Source: Anaeromyxobacter sp.
GTDB lineage: Bacteria > Myxococcota > Myxococcia > Myxococcales > Anaeromyxobacteraceae
Direction of reading: 5' to 3'
Assembly: GCA_049840735.1 (NCBI GenBank)
Contig: JASGJN010000020.1
Coordinates: forward strand, 32,001-96,000
DNA: 64,000 nucleotides
Part shown: piece after piece, positions 55,852 to 64,000 of the stretch
Layout of the letters: every line of letters begins with the position of its first letter
How positions within the stretch are numbered: position 1 is the stretch's first letter
The notes under the pieces: model-generated
Database searches by the model: none
Told to the model about the DNA's origin: nothing
Seen by the model: only the letters and a program-made list of their open reading frames with translations
Position numbers and translations under genes: made by a program

Positions 55852-55974
55852 GGGGGCGGAACCTAGCACAACAGGGGCGCCGATCGCCCCTGCGGCTTGA
55901 CGTCCAGATCCCCTGATTCTGCCGCCCCGCCGTGCACCCAGCCCCCAGCCGGGCAGGCGCAGGGTTTCGGGACC

Positions 55975-56406
55975 TCACGCCCGCGGCGCGGTGTCCCGCT
56001 CGCGGGCGGCCAGGACGGCCTCGAGGAGCTTGTGGACCTTGGGGAAGCGCGCCGCGATGGCCGAGAGGATGGGGGCCGGGAAGGCCACCACCTGCACGTC
56101 GGTGCGGGCCACCAGGGCCGGGTGGCGCCCATGGCCGAGCACCCGCCCCTCGCCGAAGGTCGCCCCGCGCTCGAGCTGGGCCACCTCGGTCCCGTCCACC
56201 AGGACGGCGGCCTTGCCCTCCAGCAGCAGCAGGAACGAGTCGTCCTCACCGGACGAGATCGTCTCGCCGGGCTCGTAGGCGATCACCTGGGCGATCTGCA
56301 CGACATCCCGCCGCGCCTCCGGATCGAGCGAACGGAACAGCAGGCTCGACTCGACGAAGGCGCTCGTCGCGAGGTCGCCCCACACCTCTCGCGGCGCGCT
56401 GGCCAT
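55975..56406 (-). CDS. Stand-alone cyclic-nucleotide-binding domain protein
   Basis: LFRSL..YEPGETI..FLLLLEG..VAQLERGATFGE pattern. Confidence 0.8.
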   Translation of the reverse strand: MASAPREVWGDLATSAFVESSLLFRSLDPEARRDVVQIAQVIAYEPGETISSGEDDSFLLLLEGKAAVLVDGTEVAQLERGATFGEGRVLGHGRHPALVARTDVQVVAFPAPILSAIAARFPKVHKLLEAVLAARERDTAPRA

Positions 56407-56485
56407 GCCCCAAACGCTAGCATGAAAACCGGCCGGCGCGCTCTGCGCTGGCCCCTGGGCGAGCAGGCTGGCATTGTTCGCCGCC

Positions 56486-57322
56486 ATGCTGACGCCCCTC
56501 GTCGTGGCGCTGATCCTGGCGGCCCCGCAGGCAGACCCTGCCGGGACGGAGGCCCCGGCGGCCCCCACCGCCGAGTCCGCTGCGGCGGCGCCCACCCCCG
56601 CGCCGCCCACCCCCGCGCCGGCCACCCACGAGGCGGCCACACCGGCTCCGGCGCCCGCCGCTGTCCCCCAGGCCCCTCCAACTCCGCCAGCCGCGACTCC
56701 TGCGACCCCCGCCGCCCACCCGGCCGCTGCCACGCCTTCCATGGCCACCCCGGCCCCCGCCGCCGCCGCTGCACCGACCCCGGCGCCGCCGGCCACCGCT
56801 CCGCCGCCGGCTCCGCCGACGGCTCCGGCCGCGGTCCCGCGGACCGCTCCGGTGCCGGCGGCCGCGACCATCCCCGCGCCCGGGGTCGCGCCCGCGCCGC
56901 CCGTCGCGCCGCCCACCGTCACCAGCGCCCCGGTCCCGCCCGGCGAGAAGGCCCAGGTGGCCGAGGCCGCCCTCGCCTTCCTCGACGCGCTGCTGGCCGG
57001 AGATGCCGCCGGGCTCTCATCGGCCTCGGCGGAGCGGTTCAGCTTCGACGGCGACGCCCGCACCGGCCGCCCGGACGTCCGCCGCGGCTTCGACGCGCTG
57101 GTGGTGCGCCGCGCCGGGCTGCCCCGGGCGACCCTGCTCGACCTGGAGGTGCTGCCGGTGGCCGACGCGGCGGCGCGCCTCGGAGCACCGCCCCCGCGCC
57201 TGGCCCCGCTGGCCGCGACGCGCGGCGCGTGGGTGGCCATCGCCGACGTCTCCGGCCGGCCGGTGGTGCTGTTCCTCGTGCGCGAGGGCCCGCGCTGGCT
57301 GGTGGCCGGGCTGCACGGGTAG
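56486..57322 (+). CDS. Secreted Pro/Ala/Thr-rich protein with small C-terminal (NTF2-like?) domain
   Basis: Signal-like N-terminus, long PAT linker, FLDALLAGD..FSFDG..WLVAG domain. Confidence 0.7.
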   Translation: MLTPLVVALILAAPQADPAGTEAPAAPTAESAAAAPTPAPPTPAPATHEAATPAPAPAAVPQAPPTPPAATPATPAAHPAAATPSMATPAPAAAAAPTPAPPATAPPPAPPTAPAAVPRTAPVPAAATIPAPGVAPAPPVAPPTVTSAPVPPGEKAQVAEAALAFLDALLAGDAAGLSSASAERFSFDGDARTGRPDVRRGFDALVVRRAGLPRATLLDLEVLPVADAAARLGAPPPRLAPLAATRGAWVAIADVSGRPVVLFLVREGPRWLVAGLHG

Positions 57323-57356
57323 GCCCCGGCAGCCCTTCCTGCGGCCTGGAAAGGTC

Positions 57357-57406
57357 CCGCTCGTCCTGAGCGTAGCGCCCGCGCAGCGGGCGCGGAGTCG
57401 AAGGAC
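57357..57406. repeat. REP-like element between convergent genes
   Basis: CCGCTCGTCCTGAGCGTAG-cgcccgc gca gcgggcg-CGGAGTCGAAGGAC; flanks nearly identical to the 51507 copy. Confidence 0.8.
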
Positions 57407-57428
57407 AGGCCGCTGAGCCCGGCGCCGC

Positions 57429-58631
57429 CTACCCCAGGCTCTTCACCATCTCCGCGATCCGGTCGCAGCCCTTGTCAATCTGCTCCATCGACGTGGCGAA
57501 CGAGAGCCGGATGTAGCCGGGGGCGCCGAAGGCGGAGCCGGGGACGGCCGCCACCAGGTGCTTGTCCAGCAAGAGGTCGATGAGCCGGTCATCGGTACCG
57601 AGCGCCTCGGCCGCACCGGGGGCCTTGCGCGAGAGGAGCGCCGACATGTCCGGGAAGGCGTAGAACGCGCCGCCCGGATCGAAGCAGCGGACGCCGGGGA
57701 TGGCGTTCAGGCGGGCCACGATGTGCTTGCGGCGCTCGTCGAACACCTTCCGCATCTTCTCCACCTCCTCGTCCACGCCGGGCAGCGTGAGCGCAGCCAG
57801 CGCGGCCTTCTGTGAGATGGAGGCGGGGTTGGAGGTGGAGTTGTCCTGCAGCTTCTGCATGGCCGCGATGAGCGGCTGCGGGCCGGCGGTCCAGCCGATG
57901 CGCCAGCCGGTCATGGAGAAGGTCTTGGAGGCGCCGTTCACCAGCGCCACCTGCCCGCGCAGCGACGGGTCGAGGTCGAGGACGTTCTCGAACTTCCCCC
58001 TGTAGACGAGGCGGTCGTAGATGTCGTCGGAGACCACCAGGATGTCCTTGCCCTTCACGCAGGAGATGACCGTCTCGAGCGTGCGGCGCGAGAGCATGGC
58101 GCCGGTGGGGTTGGACGGGCTGTTGACGATCACGGCGCGGGTCTTCGGCCCGATGGCCTTGGTGATCTGCTCCGGCGCCGGGTCGAAGCCGGTGTCCATG
58201 GTGGTCTCGACCAGCACCGGGGTGCCGCCGGCCACGCGGACCATGTCGGCGTAGGAGACCCAGTACGGCGTGAAGATGACCACCTCGTCGCCCGGATCGA
58301 GCAGCGCCTGGAACAGGTTGAAGAGCGCGTGCTTGCCGCCGCAGGAGACCAGCACCTCGCTCGGCTTGTAGGCGAGCTGGTGCGCCTTCTCGATGGAGGC
58401 GGCGATGGCCTCGCGCAGCTCCTGGATGCCGGCCGTGGGCGTGTACTTGGTGAAGCCCTGGTCGATCGCCTTCTTGGCCGCGTCCTTGATCATGGCGGGC
58501 GTGTCGAAGTCGGGCTCCCCGGCCCCGAACCCGACCACGTCGATGCCCTTGGCCTTCATGTCACGGGCCTTGGCGGTGATGGCCAGGGTGGGCGAGGGCT
58601 TCACGGCGTCCAGGCGCTTCGCGAGCTTCAC
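57429..58631 (-). CDS. Aspartate aminotransferase (class I PLP)
   Basis: KPSPTLAI, GAGEPDFDTP, NSPSNPTG, SDDIY, SKTFSMTGWRIG. GTG start with GGGAG SD. Confidence 0.93.
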   Translation of the reverse strand: MKLAKRLDAVKPSPTLAITAKARDMKAKGIDVVGFGAGEPDFDTPAMIKDAAKKAIDQGFTKYTPTAGIQELREAIAASIEKAHQLAYKPSEVLVSCGGKHALFNLFQALLDPGDEVVIFTPYWVSYADMVRVAGGTPVLVETTMDTGFDPAPEQITKAIGPKTRAVIVNSPSNPTGAMLSRRTLETVISCVKGKDILVVSDDIYDRLVYRGKFENVLDLDPSLRGQVALVNGASKTFSMTGWRIGWTAGPQPLIAAMQKLQDNSTSNPASISQKAALAALTLPGVDEEVEKMRKVFDERRKHIVARLNAIPGVRCFDPGGAFYAFPDMSALLSRKAPGAAEALGTDDRLIDLLLDKHLVAAVPGSAFGAPGYIRLSFATSMEQIDKGCDRIAEMVKSLG

Positions 58632-58770
58632 GGTCGACTCCCTCCGCTGCGGCCCGCACCGGCGGACCGCGCAAAAACGGCCGTTCAAGATAGCAGAACC
58701 GTGGTGGACCTTCCCTGCGAAGGAGCGCGCAGGCGGTCCCTGGACCACCCCTGCGCCCCGGCGGGGGCCC

Positions 58771-59257
58771 TCAGCGCTTGCCGAGCTTGCGGCCCAGCTC
58801 CCGCAGCACGTTGGCCGGCACGAAGGCCGACACGTCGCCGCCGAAGGTGGCCACCTCCCGCACCAGCCGCGCCGACACGAAGAAGTAGTCCTCGCCGGTC
58901 ATCACGAAGACCGACTCCAGAATCCGGCAGCAGCTTGCGGTTCATGTTGGCCAGCTGGAACTCGTACTCGAAGTCGGACACGGCGCGCAGGCCGCGCAGC
59001 AGCGTGTGGATCCCGCGCGTCTTGCAGTAGTCCACCAGCAGGCCGTCGAAGGCGTCCACCTCGACCCGGGGGTCGTTTCCGATGGCCTCGACGATCAGCG
59101 CCTTGCGCTCCTCGAGCGTGAACAGCGGCGCCTTCGAGGGGTTCTTGGCCACCGCGACCACCAGCCGGTCGAACAGCTTGAGGCCGCGCTGGATGATGGC
59201 CAGGTGACCGTTGGTCAGCGGATCGAACGAGCCGGGGTAGATGGCGAGGCGGGCCAT
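58771..59257 (-). CDS. coaD: Phosphopantetheine adenylyltransferase (extra base at ~58922)
   Basis: [24 protein letters not shown]. The restored C-terminus reads [30 protein letters not shown]. Confidence 0.95.
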
Positions 59258-59274
59258 GTGGGCGCGAGTATCGC

Positions 59275-59814
59275 CTACTCCCTCAGGTAGATCGAGATCC
59301 CCGTGCCGCCGTAGTCGCGCCGGTCCTCCAGGGCCAGCCCGCCGAACCGATCCGGGGGTGGGCGCCTTGCGTCATGCTCGGCCACCACCCGGGCGCCAGG
59401 CAGGAGCAGGTCGCCCACCGCCGCCAGCGCCGCGTCCGGTCCCTCGGCGTAGGGCGGGTCCACGAAGGCCAGCGCGAACCGGCCGCGCGGCAGCCGCGCC
59501 AGCGCCTCCGGGACCCGGCCGCGCAGGATCTCCACCCGGTCGGCCACGCCGCAGGCCTCGGCGTTGCGCCGGATGACCTCGGCGGCGGCCCGCTCCGCCT
59601 CGACGCAGGTGGCCCGGGCGCAGCCGCGCGAGAGCGCCTCCAGCGCCAGCGCGCCGGTGCCGGCGTACAGGTCGAGCACGTCGCCGCCGTCGAAGAACTG
59701 GCCCAGGAGGTTCATCACCGCGCCGCGGACCTTGTCGCTGGTGGGCCGGGTGGCGTTCCCGGCCGGCGCCGCCAGGCGGCGGCCGCGGGCGGCGCCGGCG
59801 ATGATGCGCGACAC
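59275..59814 (-). CDS. rsmD: 16S rRNA m2G966 methyltransferase
   Basis: [43 protein letters not shown]; adjacent to coaD. Confidence 0.93.
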   Translation of the reverse strand: MSRIIAGAARGRRLAAPAGNATRPTSDKVRGAVMNLLGQFFDGGDVLDLYAGTGALALEALSRGCARATCVEAERAAAEVIRRNAEACGVADRVEILRGRVPEALARLPRGRFALAFVDPPYAEGPDAALAAVGDLLLPGARVVAEHDARRPPPDRFGGLALEDRRDYGGTGISIYLRE

Positions 59815-59820
59815 GGGCGG

Positions 59821-60726
59821 TCAGCCCTCCACCAGGCGCCGCTCCAGCTCGCGGACCACCGCGAGGGCGCTGCGCCCGGCGCCCAGGGCGTCGAGGATCT
59901 CGGTCACCGCGGTGAAGGCCCGGGCCTCCTGCTGCTCGGAGCCGTCGGCCTCGCCCCGCCCCGCGGCCAGCCCGCCGTCCTCGCAGGCGCGCAAAGACGA
60001 GCCGCCCAGCGCCTTGACCACCGCGGCGGAGAGCGGACCGCGCCGGAACACCGGCAGCCCCGCCAGCGCGCCGGAGAGGCGGCTCAGGGCGCCGATCTGG
60101 GCGCGGGCGCCGTCCGGGTCGGTCACGGCCCGGCAGCGGACGCTGACCGCGTCGGCCGGGGCGCGCCGCTTCAGCAGCTCGGCCAGCAGCGCCGCGGCGC
60201 GGCGGCCGGAGAGGCCGTCCGACTCGATGGGCACCACCACCTCGACGTAGAGGCCGCGCTCGACCGCCGGGGCCGCCACCTCGGCGATGACCCGGGCCCG
60301 CTCGGCCTGCGCCACCGCGACGGCGTCCAGGGCCAGGTGGGTGAAGCCGGTGTCCACCAGCTTCCAGGCCTGGTTCACGGCCCCCTCGACCTGGGTGACC
60401 CCCTCGCCCTCCAGCACCAGCTCGGCCGAGAGCCCGAAGGGCAGCCCCGCCGCGAGCTCGTCGGCGGCCTGCGCCACCGCCTCGAACCAGGGCGCGGGCG
60501 CGGTGCCGGGCGGCAGGCCCAGCGCGATGGCCGCCTTCTGGAACTTGGCGGCCACCAGCGCGCCGCGCGCCACCGCGGGCGTGGGCGCGCGCACCATCAG
60601 CAGCGGCGGCTGCCCGGGCCGCGGCTCGCCCAGCAGATCGCGGGGCGAGAGCGGACAGGCGTCGCTGCGCGGCGCCAGTCGCGACACCACGTTGGCTGGC
60701 CGGAACGCGAGGATCCGCGAGACCAC
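59821..60726 (-). CDS. Class II ketose-bisphosphate aldolase-like protein, degenerate
   Basis: RGALVAAK..A, GFTHLALD, GLYVEV and CRA segments resemble the FBA-II barrel; metal-binding His residues are absent. Confidence 0.5.
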   Translation of the reverse strand: MVSRILAFRPANVVSRLAPRSDACPLSPRDLLGEPRPGQPPLLMVRAPTPAVARGALVAAKFQKAAIALGLPPGTAPAPWFEAVAQAADELAAGLPFGLSAELVLEGEGVTQVEGAVNQAWKLVDTGFTHLALDAVAVAQAERARVIAEVAAPAVERGLYVEVVVPIESDGLSGRRAAALLAELLKRRAPADAVSVRCRAVTDPDGARAQIGALSRLSGALAGLPVFRRGPLSAAVVKALGGSSLRACEDGGLAAGRGEADGSEQQEARAFTAVTEILDALGAGRSALAVVRELERRLVEG

Positions 60727-60765
60727 GCCAACGGTATAGCACGCGGGGCGGCCGGGCCGGGCGCG

Positions 60766-61783
60766 TCAGTGCTGCAGATCGTACACGTGGGCGTAGTCGG
60801 CGGTCTCGATCTGGAGCGTGGTGTGCTCGATCCCGAAGCCCCGGCGCAGATCGCGCTTGACCGCCTCGAGGATCTGGTCGTTCCGGCCGATGGCGGTCTC
60901 GTCCACCACGAGGTGCGCCGAGAGGGCGTACAGGCCGCTGGAGATGGTCCAGACGTGCAGGTCGTGCACGGCCCGCACGCCCGGGCAGCAGGCCATGTGG
61001 GCCTGGACCCGGGCCACGTCGATGTGGGGCGGCACGCTCTCCATCAGGATCTCGGTGATCTCCAGGATCAGCCGGATGGCGCCCCAGACGATCAGCCCGC
61101 CGATGGCGAGGGACAGCACCGGGTCGAGCCACTGCAGCCCGGGGCGCAGCGCCATGACGCCCGCGACCAGCAGGATGGCCACCGACGAGAACCGTGTCGG
61201 AGAGGACGTGGAGGAAGGCCGAGCGGGCGTTGAGCGTGTGATCGCCGTGCAGCACGCCCAGGATGGCCAGGTTGGCCAGCAGGCCGACCACGCCGACTCC
61301 GGCCATGACGCCAAGCTGGATGGGCGGGCCGGGGTGGCGCAGCCGGTCCACCGCCTCCCAGGCCACCCAGGCCGAGAGGACCAGCAGGGCGCCCACGTTG
61401 ATCTGCGCGGCCAGCACCTCGGCGCGGCGGTAGCCGTAGGTCCGCCTGGCGTCGGCCGGGCGGCTGGCCAGGTAGGTGGCGATCAGCGCAAGCCCCAGCG
61501 CGCCCACGTCGGTCAGCATGTGGCCGGCGTCCGAGACCAGGGCCAGCGAGCCGGACAGCCAGCCGCCCACCGCCTCGGCGATCATCACCGTGCCGGTGAT
61601 GCCGATGGAGATGGCCAGCCGGCGGAGGCTGGTGCCGGCCCCGTGGCTCCCCAGCGCCTGGGGGTGCCCGCTCTCCTCCACCCGCAGGTGCGACGGGTGG
61701 TCGTCCGGCAGCCCGCGACAGACGTCGTCGTGATCGTGGTGCCGTCCGTCGTGGGCGTGACCGTGCGAGTGGCCGTGCGACAT
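60766..61783 (-). CDS. Cation diffusion facilitator (CzcD/ZitB-like; frameshift near 61191)
   Basis: His-rich N-terminus, SLALVSDAGHMLTD, TYGYRRAE, AFLHVLSD, HDLHVW, HTTLQIE. Confidence 0.92.
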
Positions 61784-61908
61784 TCCGCTTGAACCTCCGA
61801 GCAGGGCATTCTACGCCATGGAGGCTGGTTTCGAGCAGGGGGCAGCCGCGCGCCCCTCGCCCGGCGGGCACCACCCCCGGCGCTCGCCCCGGCGGCCTTG
61901 CCCTGTCC

Positions 61909-62844
61909 ATGGATCCAACCCTTCAAATCGCCACCGCGCGCGACGGAACCCGGCTGGCGTGGACCAGCACCGGGGCCGGCGGTCCTCCGGTGATGCTGGT
62001 GGACGGCATCGGGTGCGCCGGCTACGTCTGGCGCCACCTCCGCCCGGCGCTGTCGGACCACCGGCGGGTGATCCACTGGAACTACCGCGGCCACGGCCAC
62101 AGCGAGGCCCCCCGGGATCGCGACCGCGTCACGGTGGACGACTGCGTGGACGACCTCTTCGCGGTGCTGGATGCGGCCGGGGAGCAGGAGGCCCTGCTGG
62201 CCGGCCACTCCATGGGCGTGCAGATCGCCCTGGAGGCCCACCGCCGGGCGCCCAGCCGGGTGAAGGGGCTGGTGCTCCTCTGCGGCGCCCCCGGCCACCC
62301 CATCGACACCTTCCGCGACTCCGGGCTGCTCCGGGCCGCCTTCCCCTTCGCGCGCGCCGCCGTGGAGCGCTGGCCGGACCTGGCCCGCAACCTGATCCGG
62401 GCGGTGGTGCCGACCGAGGTGGCGCTCGAGCTGGCGCTCACCTTCGAGGTGGACCGGACCCGCGTGGCGCGCGAGGACCTGGCCCGCTACCTGGACGACC
62501 TCTCGCGCGTGGACCCGGTGCTGTTCACGCGCCTGCTCCACTCGGCCGGCGAGCACGACACCACCGACCACCTGCCGGAGGTGGACGTGCCCACGCTGGT
62601 GGTGGCCGGCGAGCGCGACACCTTCACGCCCATGCGCCTGTCGGTGGCCATGCACCAGGCCATCGCCGGGAGCGAGCTGCTGGTGCTGCCCGGCGGCACC
62701 CACGTCGGCCCGCTGGAGCACCCCGCGCGCGTGGCCGAGCGGGTGCTGGCCTTCCTCGCCCGGCACGCCGACGCTCCCAGACCGCCTCGACGGCCGGCCC
62801 CGCTGCGGGCCGCGCGCCGGGGGAGAAGGGCCGGACCTCGATGA
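61909..62844 (+). CDS. Alpha/beta hydrolase
   Basis: YRGHGHS, GHSMG nucleophile motif, GERD, GGTH. Confidence 0.9.
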   Translation: MDPTLQIATARDGTRLAWTSTGAGGPPVMLVDGIGCAGYVWRHLRPALSDHRRVIHWNYRGHGHSEAPRDRDRVTVDDCVDDLFAVLDAAGEQEALLAGHSMGVQIALEAHRRAPSRVKGLVLLCGAPGHPIDTFRDSGLLRAAFPFARAAVERWPDLARNLIRAVVPTEVALELALTFEVDRTRVAREDLARYLDDLSRVDPVLFTRLLHSAGEHDTTDHLPEVDVPTLVVAGERDTFTPMRLSVAMHQAIAGSELLVLPGGTHVGPLEHPARVAERVLAFLARHADAPRPPRRPAPLRAARRGRRAGPR

Positions 62845-64000
62845 AGCGCCTCCTCGCCGCGATCACCCTCCTGGCTGCCCTCCCCGCCTCCGCCCAGCTC
62901 TACAATCCCGGCTTCCGCTGGCGCACCATCGAGACGGTGCACTTCCGCGTCCACTACCACCAGGGCGAGGAGACCTTGGCGGCGGAGGTCGCGGCCGCGG
63001 CCGAGCGCGCCCACCTGGCCCTGACGCCGGTGCTCGGCTACGCGCCGCGCCCGCGCACCGAGCTGGTGCTCTCGGACGACACCGACGACGCCAACGGCTC
63101 GGCCACGCCGGTGCCCTACAACATCATCCGGCTCTACGCGGTGCCGCCGGACGGCATGTCCGAGCTGGCCAGCTACCGGGACTGGGTGACGGCGCTGGTC
63201 TTCCACGAGTACGTCCACATCCTCCACCTCGACAACGTGGGCGGCGTGCCGGACCTCGCCAACCACGTCTTCGGCAAGCTCTTCGTCCCGAACGGCCTGG
63301 TGCCGGGGTGGATCGCCGAGGGGCTGGCGGTGGCGCACGAGGCCGACGGCGACCCCGGCGTCCGCTCGGGGCGCAACCAGAGCGCCATGCAGGAGATGTA
63401 CGCCCGGGCGTTGACGGTGGAGGCGCCCGGCTTCCCGCGGCTGGACGAGATCTCGAACCCGCTCACCGAGTGGCCGCTGGGGAACGTGCCCTACCTGATG
63501 GGCGGCCGCTTCATGGCCTGGCTGGAGGCGCGCTACGGCCAGAAGCAGCTGGCCTGGTTCCTCCGCGACCAGGGCTCGCGCATCTGGCCGTACGCGCCCA
63601 GCTGGTCGGGCGAGTCCGCCTTCGGGCAGGACTTCCAGGCGCTCTGGAAGCAGTTCCGCGCCGGAGAGGAGGCCCACTTCGCCGCGCAGCTCCAGGAGGT
63701 GCGCCGCCGGCCCGTCACCGCCTACCAGCGCCTCACCTTCGACGGCGGCCGCGCGGTGACGCCGCGCTGGGCGCCGGACGGCGCGTCCATCGTGTACCGC
63801 CGCGGCAGCCTGGACGAGCGCTCCGGGCTGCGCCGGATCTCGCCGGAGGGCAAGGCGCTCGGCGACGAGGTGCCGGTGGACGCCAACGGCAACCTGACCC
63901 TGACCTCCGGCGATGAGGCCGTGGTGGCCATCGCCGACGTGTGGCACGAGCACCGGCTCTACGACGACCTGTGGCGCGTGACGCTCCGGAACGGCCGCCG
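62841..64000 (+). CDS. Secreted protein with HExxH zinc-peptidase-like domain followed by PD40/TolB-like repeats; truncated
   Basis: Translated by hand from ATG 62841: signal peptide MKRLLAAITLLAALPASA, WRTIET.HFRVHY, FHEYVH, WIAEGLA, PRWAPDG. Confidence 0.8.
   Translation, partial: MKRLLAAITLLAALPASAQLYNPGFRWRTIETVHFRVHYHQGEETLAAEVAAAAERAHLALTPVLGYAPRPRTELVLSDDTDDANGSATPVPYNIIRLYAVPPDGMSELASYRDWVTALVFHEYVHILHLDNVGGVPDLANHVFGKLFVPNGLVPGWIAEGLAVAHEADGDPGVRSGRNQSAMQEMYARALTVEAPGFPRLDEISNPLTEWPLGNVPYLMGGRFMAWLEARYGQKQLAWFLRDQGSRIWPYAPSWSGESAFGQDFQALWKQFRAGEEAHFAAQLQEVRRRPVTAYQRLTFDGGRAVTPRWAPDGASIVYRRGSLDERSGLRRISPEGKALGDEVPVDANGNLTLTSGDEAVVAIADVWHEHRLYDDLWRVTLRNGR

Noticed and set aside
56540..56945. 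Low-complexity repeat-like DNA
   Set aside because: Explained by a Pro/Ala/Thr protein linker.

Overview
Very GC-rich bacterial DNA. Gene content suggests an Anaeromyxobacter/Myxococcota-like organism (inference). The left half (<1-33.8 kb, minus strand) is one translationally coupled cis-AT modular type I PKS operon that runs off the left edge. In order of transcription: type II thioesterase, PKS-A (KS-AT-KR-ACP, no docking or loading domain), PKS-B (KS-AT-DH-ER-KR-ACP), PKS-C (KS-AT-cMT-ACP), PKS-D (KS-AT-DH-cMT-ER-KR-ACP), PKS-E (KS-AT-DH-cMT-KR-ACP), a DMT/EamA transporter, and PKS-F (KS-AT..., truncated). Several catalytic or specificity motifs are non-canonical, notably xAAH ATs in two cMT modules. 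I do not recognise the cluster as a characterised one. The right half is mostly core genome (acyltransferase, desaturase, large TPR protein, tmk, thrC, pcm, recG, greA, carB, aminotransferases, coaD, rsmD, CDF transporter, hydrolase, an HExxH/beta-propeller secreted protein). Two other signals stand out. (i) A REP-like palindromic repeat family has four copies read in frame inside recG. (ii) About 20 frameshifts or odd codons map onto GATC, consistent with long-read basecalling errors at a cytosine-modified GATC motif, so the frameshifted genes are probably intact. No rRNA, tRNA, CRISPR or transposase was seen.
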